From a virus: DNA of 64,000 bases. The stretch lies in the IMG/VR virus record IMGVR_UViG_3300026488_000015, positions 82,526 to 146,525 of that record. One strand, given 5' to 3'. Shown one piece after another: positions 43,383 to 53,642 of this stretch (position 1 is its first letter; the number at the start of each line of letters is the position of its first letter). The position numbers and the translations under genes were made by a program. The notes beneath the pieces are model-generated. The model did not search any database. It was not told where the DNA came from and saw nothing but the letters and a program-made list of their open reading frames with translations.

Positions 43383-43772
43383 TTATATGAATAAATGTGG
43401 GTCTGATTCTTTGAGTGCCTCTACTTCTACATTACTAAAAGTGTAACGAAATATAATCGTTTCTGTGTACGGGTCGAGAACATCTGCAGAGGGAGTAGCC
43501 TGTTCGTTTAATAATGTTAAATGTTTTGCTAGAGGGAAATCTTCGTGCAATTGGTGATATGCACGGCGACTGGCTTCTTCACGCTGTTCCACTGAGCAAT
43601 CCGTAACGATACTGACATTATAGGCTAAGAATCTTATATATGCTTTATCATTAAATATCACATTTGTAGTACTACGGTTTTTTGAGAAATATCTTTTTTC
43701 TAAATAAATAAATTCACTTAGAGATTGAGGTTTTTCTTCTATGAAACCATACGGGTTTATAGCGTCAAGCAT
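43383..43772 (-). CDS. Hypothetical protein with PHLFI tag
   Basis: Ends ESDPHLFI. Confidence 0.65.
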   Translation of the reverse strand: MLDAINPYGFIEEKPQSLSEFIYLEKRYFSKNRSTTNVIFNDKAYIRFLAYNVSIVTDCSVEQREEASRRAYHQLHEDFPLAKHLTLLNEQATPSADVLDPYTETIIFRYTFSNVEVEALKESDPHLFI

Positions 43773-44584
43773 AAAAAGTCACCTGGATTATTTTCTTTAA
43801 AATCTTCTAAAAGAACATCACCAGTAATACTAAGCATTTCATTAACGATTGCTGTTTTCGAGACCGTGTGGAATTCGAAATATTCACAACCACCATACCA
43901 ATCACTTTCAGAATCATCTTCAACCTCTACAAGATGAGAATATCTATCAAAAATATCAGAGTCATCGAGACCCGTGAGTTTATATACGAAATCGAAAAAT
44001 TCATAGAAATTATCTCTTGCTATCTTAGGTTCTTCATCAGGTTCAGTAGGAGTATATGTAGTATTTTCATCATCCCAGCAAGTAGCATAAGTGCTTCCTC
44101 CAGCATCCCAATGTTCTGAATTCAGTATATCTGAACCCGATTCATCTAGGTGGACTAATATACTAGGAACTAATAATCCAGAACCTCCAGTGATGCACTT
44201 TTCTGCACTTATATGAGAATCAAATCTTATATTTTTTATTGAATGCGTAGAGAGTTTTGTGCGTTCTCCCGTACTGAATCTATATCTATCATTTGCTAAA
44301 CAAGTCTCTAAGGGTGTATCGAATTTTATGAATTTGCATCTGTTAAGCGGAAGAAGATTAGTTAGCAATAATCCAGTTTTGTCTGGAAATAATCCGTCAA
44401 TAAGAACTGTGCTATCTTCAGAATAAGGAAGAGATTTTAGAGTTTCTGCTAATGCTTCTAAATCATTATGGTTGAACATAAATTCATCAGCATCAAATCT
44501 GAATACATTTGTTTTTAATGCTTGTTCTTTAGACCAGTATGTTTTTCCTGAACCAGGTAAACCGATTAATATTTCGTAATTCAT
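43757..44584 (-). CDS. P-loop kinase (polynucleotide-kinase-like) with C-terminal extension
   Basis: LIGLPGSGKT, VLIDG, CLANDR.R. Confidence 0.7.
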   Translation of the reverse strand: MNYEILIGLPGSGKTYWSKEQALKTNVFRFDADEFMFNHNDLEALAETLKSLPYSEDSTVLIDGLFPDKTGLLLTNLLPLNRCKFIKFDTPLETCLANDRYRFSTGERTKLSTHSIKNIRFDSHISAEKCITGGSGLLVPSILVHLDESGSDILNSEHWDAGGSTYATCWDDENTTYTPTEPDEEPKIARDNFYEFFDFVYKLTGLDDSDIFDRYSHLVEVEDDSESDWYGGCEYFEFHTVSKTAIVNEMLSITGDVLLEDFKENNPGDFLCLTL

Positions 44585-44605
44585 TTCTTTCCTTTACAAA
44601 CTAGA

Positions 44606-45745
44606 TTAAACTAGTTTGATTTTTTTCACTATTCTCGCGAACACTTCTTTTGATGTAGGCTCTTTAACCCAAGTGTTGAAGTTCTTGCTATCAGTTTTCT
44701 TGATGTTCGTGATGAACGCTGTAGCAACTTCGATTGGACAACCATAACATAAGTGATTCAGTAAAGTCCACTTACCTTTCTCTAATGACAATGCATAAAC
44801 TTCCTCAACCAAGTTGTTAATTACTGGCTGTTCTTGGTTGTCTAATAGTTTAGCAATCAAACCGTAAGATGCATCTAAGTTTTGTGCATTCGTGTTAGTT
44901 TTCTTAACCACAGACTTAACTGCTCTAGTAATATCATCAACACCAATCATATCAGAATGATTCTTATAAAAATTTAAGAATTCAGTACCTACAGCACGAC
45001 CTAAACGACCTCTTAAAAGAGTGTAGAGTGCTGGATTATCTTTACCTGAGTTACCTAAATTATCAAGCAATGTTGAAACTTTTGCCCAAGCTCTTGGTGA
45101 TGTACCGTGTGAACTATCTTCAGGTGAGAAGTGAATCATCTTCGGGTTCTTAGCAATGTATTTTAAAATAACATTATTTACACCTGATTTACGGGCCCAA
45201 ATTAGCCATTCTTCGGCATCAGGCTTAATCTCGATTGGTCCAACGAATCTGTCAATAAGTGCATCATCCATTTCATTCGTTTGATAATCACCAGTTGGAT
45301 TACCTGCAGCGATAATCATCGTTTCTACACCGTTATATGTAGGCAATTGATGCTCGTGAATTTGTTTATCGAGAACTAACTGCAATGCTGCTTGTAAAAC
45401 ATCTGATTGAGCACGATTAATTTCATCTAAGAATAAAGAACAAGCTTTACCTGCTTTGTTTGCATCATACATTCTCTTCAACCAAGAAGGCGTTGACCAG
45501 TACATAATTTCTTCTGATTTCGTTTCGTACTTATCTAAAGAAACTTCTTCATTTTTCGTGTTGTACGGGATACCAATAAGGTCTCCAACTTCCATCTGTG
45601 AAAGGAATAATGTTTCATTATGAACACCTGCGTCTAAAGCCCATCTTTCAGCTCTCTGTGATTTACCAATACCGTGTACTCCCTCTATATAAACACAATC
45701 GTTTGACGCTTGACATACATTAAATACTTCTTCTAAGTGATTCAT
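44606..45745 (-). CDS. MoxR-type AAA+ ATPase
   Basis: GVHGIGKS, GDLIGIP, LFLDEINRA, AAGNP, ALIDRF, SPRAW. Confidence 0.88.
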   Translation of the reverse strand: MNHLEEVFNVCQASNDCVYIEGVHGIGKSQRAERWALDAGVHNETLFLSQMEVGDLIGIPYNTKNEEVSLDKYETKSEEIMYWSTPSWLKRMYDANKAGKACSLFLDEINRAQSDVLQAALQLVLDKQIHEHQLPTYNGVETMIIAAGNPTGDYQTNEMDDALIDRFVGPIEIKPDAEEWLIWARKSGVNNVILKYIAKNPKMIHFSPEDSSHGTSPRAWAKVSTLLDNLGNSGKDNPALYTLLRGRLGRAVGTEFLNFYKNHSDMIGVDDITRAVKSVVKKTNTNAQNLDASYGLIAKLLDNQEQPVINNLVEEVYALSLEKGKWTLLNHLCYGCPIEVATAFITNIKKTDSKNFNTWVKEPTSKEVFARIVKKIKLV

Positions 45746-46953
45746 TTTCTTTCCTTTGTTTTGTTATATGAGAGTATTATAACATACTCTTCCTTAAAGC
45801 TTGATTAAGCGGCAGATACATTATCGTATTGAGCTAACCAAATCGACCATTCTCTAATATTAGTACGAGAATTATTTTCAATTTCTTGACCTTTCTTACC
45901 ATCGTACCAGTTAATTGTTCTTTCACGATGACTATTATTTGGAGCAGAAACAACGATTGATAAACCATCTTCACGGGATAATACAGTACTTGCTTTTCTT
46001 CTAGTGACTGTAACTGAACGAGCAAGAATACTTTTTTCTTCTGCTAGTGATTCTCTTAGAGTATTTAACTCATCTTGTTTTGTTTGTATTTGTCTTTCGA
46101 TTGAAGTAATTAAACTCATTTCTTATCCTTTGTTTCTTTATATGTAATATTATAACATAAGTAACCTAAGAGCCACCTTAACTACTTAATAATAATCTTT
46201 GTAAGATTGAATTTATTGTTGATGTCTTCAGCCTTAGTTTCTACTACTTCGATTTCATTAAAAATATCTATCAAACCCATTTCTGTAATGATATGAGTTA
46301 TTGTCATACTATTAAAATCAAAATTGCTAGGTACATATAATGTTTTTTCTTTACCTAAATATCTAAATCTAGGAATTACCTGGTATTCTTTTGGTTCTAA
46401 TTTTGTATTACCTAATTGCTCAGATATTTTACTAACTTCATCTTTAAACCAATCGTAATGTATAATCTGTTTATTTGACTGTTTTAATAATAATTTCATA
46501 TTATTAGATTCTTTAATAGGTACCAAAAAACCTAGAGTAATATCTGTTTTTTGGTGTTTTCCCAATGAATGATATTCATTAAACGATTCCATTTTTACAT
46601 CCTTTGTTTCTTTATATGTAATTTAATAACCGTTTTCATTAACTTTTAAAGCTATCTCATACCACTCATCACCACAAACATTTTTTACCATACCAGCCCA
46701 ATTTTCAGGGTCGTTTTCCATCCACTCACAAAAATCATCAGTATCGGTATCACTCATTCTAGGTTCTACTATTGCTTCTGCGGCGGTATTATATGCATCC
46801 GTAAAATCATCTGCGCCTTTAAGTGCCTCTGATAAATCTACATCACAATTACTTGTACTAGTTTCTAATGAGTTTACTATGTTCTCTATATTCATTTCTT
46901 ATCCTTTGTTTCTTTATATGTAATATTATAACATACTTGACCTAAGAGCCACC

Positions 46954-47202
46954 TTAAAGAAATAAATGAGGGTGTTTTTCTTGTGTTTTGTATATAGAAT
47001 CATTCAGCACATAGACTAATGAATATTCTTCGCCTATGCTGATTTCTTCGATGTCGCAATATTGGAGGTATTCATTCTCGTTCTTGATGGCATATTTACA
47101 GTATTCGATGACCTCTTCATAGGAACCACCGAAATAACCAGCTTCTATCTTATAACATTGGTAATGAGTTGTTAAATCTGATAATGTAGTGATTTCTGAC
47201 AT
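46954..47202 (-). CDS. Hypothetical protein with PHLFL tag
   Basis: Ends EKHPHLFL. Confidence 0.65.
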   Translation of the reverse strand: MSEITTLSDLTTHYQCYKIEAGYFGGSYEEVIEYCKYAIKNENEYLQYCDIEEISIGEEYSLVYVLNDSIYKTQEKHPHLFL

Positions 47203-47284
47203 AAGTTTCCTTAAGGTAACATAAAAGCGGTAATAGTAACACCTTTATGTTTATATAGTCTTTTTTATGTTACCTTAAGGTTGG

Positions 47285-47515
47285 CTATAAAAATAGATGA
47301 GGTTCTTCATTAAATACTCTCTCGTAATCTTCTTTGAGAAATGAATATGAGATTTCCCATATACCACCTTCTTTACCATTAGATACACGATTCGTACATT
47401 TAATGTGCTCACACCAGGGATGTGCTTCGATAAGATTTTCGGGTAAGCACATACTCCGTTTATCTGAAGAGATAACAACGGTTATTTCCTCTAGTAGAGG
47501 CTGTTTACCAGGCAT
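47285..47515 (-). CDS. Hypothetical protein with PHLFL tag
   Basis: Ends NEEPHLFL. Confidence 0.6.
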   Translation of the reverse strand: MPGKQPLLEEITVVISSDKRSMCLPENLIEAHPWCEHIKCTNRVSNGKEGGIWEISYSFLKEDYERVFNEEPHLFL

Positions 47516-48305
47516 TAGTTCTACGGACTTGTTTTTTGGTTTCTATTTTGTCTATAAGGACCTCTTGGTATATTTTCATACTAGGGTATTCTAAGCAAGT
47601 AAGCTTACCAAAAGGTTCACCAGGGAAACAAGAACCAGTATCAATACTAGCATAATTCTCATCGATGACGCAACCAGTGAAAGGGTCAGCTTCAGGATGT
47701 TTATTCCATACATTATGACCAGAAACGCCGAAAAAACGCATAGAACCTTCTTTCTGTTTGTTTCTACCCCAAGTGAAATAGCCATACATTTGCTCTATTT
47801 CAAGGTTGTAGGAATCTCTCTGCTTTTGGTCAAGGTCTCTCCACTCTTTTGCTAGTTCTTTCTTGTAGAATAAAAATCTACTGAACCAATCAACCGAAGG
47901 TGCGTGTGAAACCAATAAATCTTTATGACCAGGAATCTCGTAGGTTTTATACAAAGGTAAATCATCCATCCATTTAATGTCATCATCGTATTGTGCTTCT
48001 TTACCTTTGTATGAATCTAGTGTAGTATCTCCACCATTACCAACCCAGCAAGAATAATTATTATAATAATCCCCGTTCTTGTATTCTAACGAACCATCGA
48101 CCATTAGCTCTTCGTGGTTACCTTTCACTACATCATAACCTTGTTCACGAACGAAAGCTACCAGTCCTGAGCTGTCTGGTCCTCTGTCGATTAAATCTCC
48201 TAACAGAATAATGTTAGAGGAATTCGCATCATCAGGCAATTGAGCTATGAGTGCTTTTAATGTAGCAATACAGCCGTGAGTGTCGCCGATTATATATTTT
48301 TTCAT
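47505..48305 (-). CDS. Ser/Thr protein phosphatase (PPP family, lambda NinI-like)
   Basis: GDTHG, GDLIDRGPDS, KGNHE, SHA, GH, IDTG. Confidence 0.9.
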   Translation of the reverse strand: MKKYIIGDTHGCIATLKALIAQLPDDANSSNIILLGDLIDRGPDSSGLVAFVREQGYDVVKGNHEELMVDGSLEYKNGDYYNNYSCWVGNGGDTTLDSYKGKEAQYDDDIKWMDDLPLYKTYEIPGHKDLLVSHAPSVDWFSRFLFYKKELAKEWRDLDQKQRDSYNLEIEQMYGYFTWGRNKQKEGSMRFFGVSGHNVWNKHPEADPFTGCVIDENYASIDTGSCFPGEPFGKLTCLEYPSMKIYQEVLIDKIETKKQVRRTNAW

Positions 48306-48324
48306 ATTTTTCCTTTATTTTTAT

Positions 48325-48762
48325 TTATAGAAACCAGTGTGTTCTATCACTAAGCAGTTCGTGCTTAGTGGTAAGAGAAATTCTCGTGAAGAAAAGTTCT
48401 TTTTTGTTCTTTATAGAACTTATCATATGCTCTGAAAGAATCATATCTTTGTCTAAAATAAAGTTCAAAGGTGCAATCACAATCATACAATATTCTCTAC
48501 CTGATTCATCGGTATGAAATAATCTGCTACTGTAAATCCCATAGATGGCGTGTTCTCTACCATCTGATTCATAATCTTGGAGTTTTTTGAACTCCTTTAT
48601 GTTTATTCTGACTATACAGTTTTGTTCATAGTTGTTTTGTTCTTCGAGTTTTTTAAGTTCTTTTGGGCTCATATCATATACTATCATCCTCATAAGAAAA
48701 CATCCGGGCAATGATGTAGAGCTAATGAGATAATATCTATCTCGTGCTCTCCGTCTTCCCAA
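48325..48762 (-). CDS. Hypothetical protein with tag variant; start probably about 48690
   Basis: Ends DRTHWFL. Confidence 0.55.
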   Translation of the reverse strand: MGRRRARDRYYLISSTSLPGCFLMRMIVYDMSPKELKKLEEQNNYEQNCIVRINIKEFKKLQDYESDGREHAIYGIYSSRLFHTDESGREYCMIVIAPLNFILDKDMILSEHMISSIKNKKELFFTRISLTTKHELLSDRTHWFL

Positions 48763-49025
48763 ATAAAGAGAACATTTTCGTATGTATCTGTTGAGTCTTT
48801 TTGTAGATGAGCCTTACAAGCTGACCGCACACACTCTTTAAATGTTTTATCTGTAATATGTGTGTATCTATCGGGTTTTTGTTCTCTGTGAAGGCTATGA
48901 GGTGTTATTGCTATTTGATGGACGCAATATAATCCATCCTGGTCAAACCAGACATCAAATGTCTCGTTACTTTTGGAGGTCGTAGTCGCCAAAAGAATAC
49001 CCACCACAAAAATCGATAAAATCAT
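48690..49025 (-). CDS. Hypothetical protein with C-terminal tag
   Basis: Ends HHCPDVFL. Confidence 0.55.
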   Translation of the reverse strand: MILSIFVVGILLATTTSKSNETFDVWFDQDGLYCVHQIAITPHSLHREQKPDRYTHITDKTFKECVRSACKAHLQKDSTDTYENVLFIWEDGEHEIDIISLALHHCPDVFL

Positions 49026-49182
49026 ACTCGCACATATCTACAAACAATTCAAGCAATACACCTAATTCTTTTTCTGAACAATTTAATTCTTGTCTGGTAT
49101 CTTTCCATCGTACTGTATAAACTGTATCATCATAGCTGATAATAAATTTCGTGTCAATCTTTAATCTACCTAATTCTGTCAT

Positions 49183-49569
49183 CTAGTTTCCTTTGTAATA
49201 TTTATCTAAATTATCTGGTGAATCTTTAATTACTTTTGTTCTTAGAAATACCACTACACATAATCCAACAAGCGATAACGCCATTATTGCTGTACCAACT
49301 GCTAAATCTGTTTTAAGCATTAACCAACCAACAAATAATTCTCTGAAACCAAAGAATATAGCACCATCAACGATGTAACGAATTTTCATTCTACTGTGAG
49401 GTTTAAAAATATATTCATAAATTGTTCTTACTACTTCCATAATAATAAGAAATGTAAATGAATAAATTAAAACATTAGCGTGTCCACCTGGTACAAAAAA
49501 CCCTATAATAAATAGTATTGCAGTGAATAAAAATATCATCCACTCTGGTAGTTCTTTCATTATTGCCAT
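49183..49569 (-). CDS. PsiE-family membrane protein
   Basis: 4 TM; I.MEVVRTI..Y, IRYIVDGAI...RE. Confidence 0.7.
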   Translation of the reverse strand: MAIMKELPEWMIFLFTAILFIIGFFVPGGHANVLIYSFTFLIIMEVVRTIYEYIFKPHSRMKIRYIVDGAIFFGFRELFVGWLMLKTDLAVGTAIMALSLVGLCVVVFLRTKVIKDSPDNLDKYYKGN

Positions 49570-50261
49570 ATATTTTCCTTATTGTTTCATTGCTCTTAGA
49601 AATAGAGCATCTTCTGATTTTGTATTCTTCTCTGATTCGTGAGAAATTTTCTTCATTTTGTTCTTATTTAGTTCTCTATCGCTCATTGCCTTCATCGTGT
49701 AGGAATTAACAATATTGATACGATTGCCTACTTTAATAAAACATCTACTTAAATCCATTACCTTAGGCCCACGGAATACAGTAATGACAAAAATTCTGTT
49801 ATTGCCGTCTAAATCCACTAGCACACCAAAAGGTCTTTCTTTATCGCTTTTAAATGTGATTACAGTAGCACCTTTATTTCTAAAAGATGTAAGGCCGTTA
49901 TATAGAGCCTTCGTTAAAATCTGTTTGTATCTCGATTCATCGATATGCTGACCTCTGTGGTATTTCGATGTGCCTTTAGCCATTTCTCTATTTTCAAATA
50001 AGTGCACAGCTGTCTCAACTGTATATACTTTATTATCGAATCGAATATTATCTAATTTATAGCTCATCTTGTACCCCTTCATCTAAAATACCAGAAAGGT
50101 CTACTTTCTCTGGTTCTTTCTTTTCTTGTTCTATTCTAAGTTTTTCTAAGCATTCATCAGTCAAATTCAACTGAATAGTTTCTTCTTTAAAAAAGTTTTC
50201 CATCTTATATCCTTTGTTTCTTTATATGTAATATTATAACATAAAAAGACTTAAAGTTTAC

Positions 50262-50522
50262 TTAAACGAATAAGTGAGGCGACTCTTCTCTAATTTCATC
50301 GATTTCATCTATATAGAATGAAAATTCGCAATCGTAGGTCTCACCATTCTGGTTCTCATCAATCGTGTGCTCGAAGCAATCTAAGTGCTCAAGATAAGGG
50401 TACTCTTTGAGTAATTCCATCACACAGCCCTTAAGCGTGTTACTGTAAGACACTAGGTCATTAACTGATGCTTTTAGCTTAAAAGTTTTTGTTTCGTATG
50501 TCCAGTCTGCTTCAATTTTCAT
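50262..50522 (-). CDS. Hypothetical protein with PHLFV tag
   Basis: Ends EESPHLFV. Confidence 0.65.
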   Translation of the reverse strand: MKIEADWTYETKTFKLKASVNDLVSYSNTLKGCVMELLKEYPYLEHLDCFEHTIDENQNGETYDCEFSFYIDEIDEIREESPHLFV

Positions 50523-50688
50523 TTTATTTACCTTTAACTTCGTGTAATCTATCAGATATAAATGTACAAGGTTTATCTTCTTTAGTTTCGGGTTGCATCA
50601 CTAGGCTTTCTAAATCTATAAGTTTTTTGTTGTCATATACTCTTCGTATAGGTCTGCAAGTTTTATATGTCTTTTTTGTGCTTCTCAT

Positions 50689-51135
50689 CTAGTAATCCTT
50701 CAATGCTCTAGCTGTGTCGATATTTTGCTGTTTCTCTTTAAGCGAATTTCGTTTATCGTAATCTCTTTTACCACGACCAACAGCTATCTCAAGCTTAATC
50801 GAATCTGAAGAATCAGGTTGGAAAATCTTCAAAGGGACGATAGTGATACCGTTTTCTTGTGTAGCCACATCGAGCTCTCTGATTTCTTTCTTTGTGAGTA
50901 ATAATTTTCGTGGTCTTACCTCATCGAAATGACCATAAGCAAAATTCTCTGGTTTAGAAATGTGTGCTTGCATTAAGAATGCTTCACCGTTCGAAATCTT
51001 TACATAAGCTTCTTTCAATGATATTCTACTATCACGAATTGCTTTAACCTCAGGTCCTTCTAATACCATCCCAGCAATGTAGTGGTCTGTTAAATGATAA
51101 GAGTGTGTTGCTTTTCTGTTTCTATTGTATTCCAT
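50689..51135 (-). CDS. smpB: SsrA-binding protein SmpB
   Basis: NRKA.H.Y, AGMVLEGPEVKAIR, R.RKLLL.KKEI, G.TIVPL, GKR.YDKR. Confidence 0.93.
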   Translation of the reverse strand: MEYNRNRKATHSYHLTDHYIAGMVLEGPEVKAIRDSRISLKEAYVKISNGEAFLMQAHISKPENFAYGHFDEVRPRKLLLTKKEIRELDVATQENGITIVPLKIFQPDSSDSIKLEIAVGRGKRDYDKRNSLKEKQQNIDTARALKDY

Positions 51136-51147
51136 CTTCTCTTTCCT

Positions 51148-51414
51148 TTATAAAAATAAATGAGGGCTTTTGTCTACAAGTTCTTGTAGTTCTTCTTTTC
51201 CTACAACATTAAAATCTCTCATTGAGATAAACCACGAGCGCTTCTTTAATGGAGTGAAATATATATCTAAATCGACATCATTATATCCACCTCTTATGCT
51301 ATTCACTAAACATATAATAGATTTATTGTTTTCATCTAAGAATGCGATATATTTACATTTTTTGAATTTTTTTATATTATATTCTTCAGGACTTAAAGTT
51401 TTTCTTCTTTCCAT
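51148..51414 (-). CDS. Hypothetical protein with PHLFL tag
   Basis: Ends DKSPHLFL. Confidence 0.65.
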   Translation of the reverse strand: MERRKTLSPEEYNIKKFKKCKYIAFLDENNKSIICLVNSIRGGYNDVDLDIYFTPLKKRSWFISMRDFNVVGKEELQELVDKSPHLFL

Positions 51415-51424
51415 TATATAGCCT

Positions 51425-51637
51425 TTATAAAAATAAATGCGGAGTATCTACTAACAGACGAGTTTTGTTTATACAATGATTTGAAGATTTCTTCTTATTA
51501 TAACCACTAGAATTCTTTACAGTAATAATATTTCCTCTATCAGGAACTTTATGCACAACACCTTCATCCATTTCACCTGATGTACTGAATATTACAACAT
51601 CACCTACATTGATTTCCTGATTAAATCTATCTAACAT
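51425..51637 (-). CDS. Small SH3/KOW-like protein with PHLFL tag
   Basis: DRFNQEINVGDVV; ends VDTPHLFL. Confidence 0.65.
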   Translation of the reverse strand: MLDRFNQEINVGDVVIFSTSGEMDEGVVHKVPDRGNIITVKNSSGYNKKKSSNHCINKTRLLVDTPHLFL

Positions 51638-51952
51638 TACGAAACCAATGAATAAGTTTGACCAGCATATCCGTTAGCAGCAGAATTATTAACAGCGTTG
51701 TTAAGATTCTTTACTAATGTTTTAACTGATTTCGGATAACGATTGATTTTTGAATTACCTTCTTCGTGTGAGTAACTAGCACCACATTCTAAAGTGTAAG
51801 AGTAAGCTTGAACTAATTCTTCTAATGTACCAGTTTGCTCATATCTACGGTCTTTGTTGTGATTGTAATTCTCGATTGTGTATATCTTAGCCATTTTAAG
51901 TCCTTTTATTTGTTATATGTAATATTATAACATAAAAGACCTTAAAGCTTTA

Positions 51953-52219
51953 TTAAAGCAGTAAATCAGGTCTATTTTCATAGATTTCTTCGAGGACTAT
52001 AAATCTTTCGGGAATTTTTACTGTCGTAGTTGCATCGTAACCATCAAATTTTGAAGCTTGTATCTCAATACCATTCTTATTGAACCCTAAAATTGTACAC
52101 TTTCTACCGACATTTCCTTTAGCAGAATTCATATAGAAACACCTTTGACCGACCTTTAGCTCTTGACCAAGATAGTCATATAATGGTTCAGGTAAAATCT
52201 CTGTATCTAATTCGTTCAT
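51953..52219 (-). CDS. Small SH3/KOW-like protein with C-terminal tag
   Basis: DYLGQELKVGQ; ends ENRPDLLL. Confidence 0.65.
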   Translation of the reverse strand: MNELDTEILPEPLYDYLGQELKVGQRCFYMNSAKGNVGRKCTILGFNKNGIEIQASKFDGYDATTTVKIPERFIVLEEIYENRPDLLL

Positions 52220-52220
52220 C

Positions 52221-52727
52221 TTATAATCCTAGGTGTGGTTTTTCTGTAATGAGTTTTGTATATCGTTCTGTGTCTATAACCATTGTATCATAATGTTCTT
52301 TTGTTCTCTCTCTAAAAGTCTCTGAATTAGAGAAAGCAAATACGAAAGCCTCTTCTTCTAACACAAAAGAGTTATCATATAATAGCTTAATAGAATATTC
52401 AGCATATTCTTCTTTCTTAGCGGAAAAAGTATATGCTGAATTCCATTGTTTTTCGCTAATATTGTACTCTTCTATCTCAATATGAATATAAGGTCTACCC
52501 CAAACTATATTTTTTACTCTATGTTTTATTACAGATGCATTATAGGCATTATCACTATACAAGTGCACTACATAAAATTCATCATCAGGAACAACTTCAA
52601 ATACACTAAGATGCTGTTTTATTTCTTCTAGTGTTAATGGGATAGAATGCGTAGTAATAAGTATCTCTGGTTCATCAACTGCATCAAGCAGGGCATCTAT
52701 CTCTGATTGAGATAATATACTTGCCAT
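52221..52727 (-). CDS. Protein with FliM-like N-terminal CheY-binding peptide and PHxxL tag
   Basis: Starts MASILSQSEIDALL; ends TEKPHLGL. Confidence 0.7.
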   Translation of the reverse strand: MASILSQSEIDALLDAVDEPEILITTHSIPLTLEEIKQHLSVFEVVPDDEFYVVHLYSDNAYNASVIKHRVKNIVWGRPYIHIEIEEYNISEKQWNSAYTFSAKKEEYAEYSIKLLYDNSFVLEEEAFVFAFSNSETFRERTKEHYDTMVIDTERYTKLITEKPHLGL

Positions 52728-52730
52728 ATA

Positions 52731-53603
52731 TTATCTCTCGAAGTTTTTCAAGATAAGCTTAAGGTATTTGTCTGGCGTTTTTGCTTTCATTTCTTGTGCT
52801 AATTTCTCGATTTGAAACCAAGCTGCACCAGAATCTCTAAGACCTAAAAAGTTTTTGAAGCTTCTAAGATTTATTGTCATAACAGCAGAAACCTTAAAAT
52901 TATCTGAAATGATATATTTGAAGCTATCACCAACATTTCTTTTGTCTTTTGAATTAAGGAGTTTCACAAATGTATGATACTCTGATTCAGCTGGAATTCT
53001 TTCTCTTACTGATTTCGCTACAGAAAGTTCTAACCATTTTGTTTGACCAATTTTGTCATAGTGATATTTCATTTTGTCAAAGATACCGTGTAGTTCAATT
53101 CTATTCATTTTTTCATCTGCAACCACAAACATATCGTATCTAAGAACCTCATCTACGAATGTTTTACTAGGTGCTTGTAATAGAGCACAAGCAGTAAAAG
53201 CATTAATAAGAGAACTCATAGTATATCGTGTCGATTGAACCGAATAACTAGCAATTCTATGCCTAGCTAGTTCTTGTAGAACGCCTCTTGAAAAATCTGT
53301 AAGTAAAAATGTAAGTACTGAATGTTCTAATGTTGATTCGTGAAAATGTACAAATGATAATGATTGAAGCAATTCCGATTCTTCCACTGTCTGAAGACCT
53401 TTAGATAGAGTGCCTATAAGAATTTCATCATTTCTTTTAACGCTATCATTTAATGCCTTGATACAGATATTCTCTGATTTATCAAAGCTATTGTAGCATT
53501 GTCTTGCAGCATATTCGGATTGACCGATTCCATTATCAGCAATTAAGTGTGCTGTTGGGTAGATGTAGTCGATTCCGTTGTAGTCATAAGTTTTTTGTGT
53601 CAT
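52731..53603 (-). CDS. thyX: FAD-dependent thymidylate synthase
   Basis: HESTLEH, ELARHRIASYSVQSTRY, INLRS..NFL.LR. Confidence 0.92.
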   Translation of the reverse strand: MTQKTYDYNGIDYIYPTAHLIADNGIGQSEYAARQCYNSFDKSENICIKALNDSVKRNDEILIGTLSKGLQTVEESELLQSLSFVHFHESTLEHSVLTFLLTDFSRGVLQELARHRIASYSVQSTRYTMSSLINAFTACALLQAPSKTFVDEVLRYDMFVVADEKMNRIELHGIFDKMKYHYDKIGQTKWLELSVAKSVRERIPAESEYHTFVKLLNSKDKRNVGDSFKYIISDNFKVSAVMTINLRSFKNFLGLRDSGAAWFQIEKLAQEMKAKTPDKYLKLILKNFER

Positions 53604-53642
53604 ATATTATCCTTTTGTTGTCGTATTATATCAAATTTTTAC

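Noticed and set aside
50100-51200. tmRNA or tRNA genes near smpB or elsewhere
   Set aside because: Intergenic spaces are short and AT-rich, and I saw no GGGG..G/TTCGA..CCA tRNA-like ends; a covariance search is still needed
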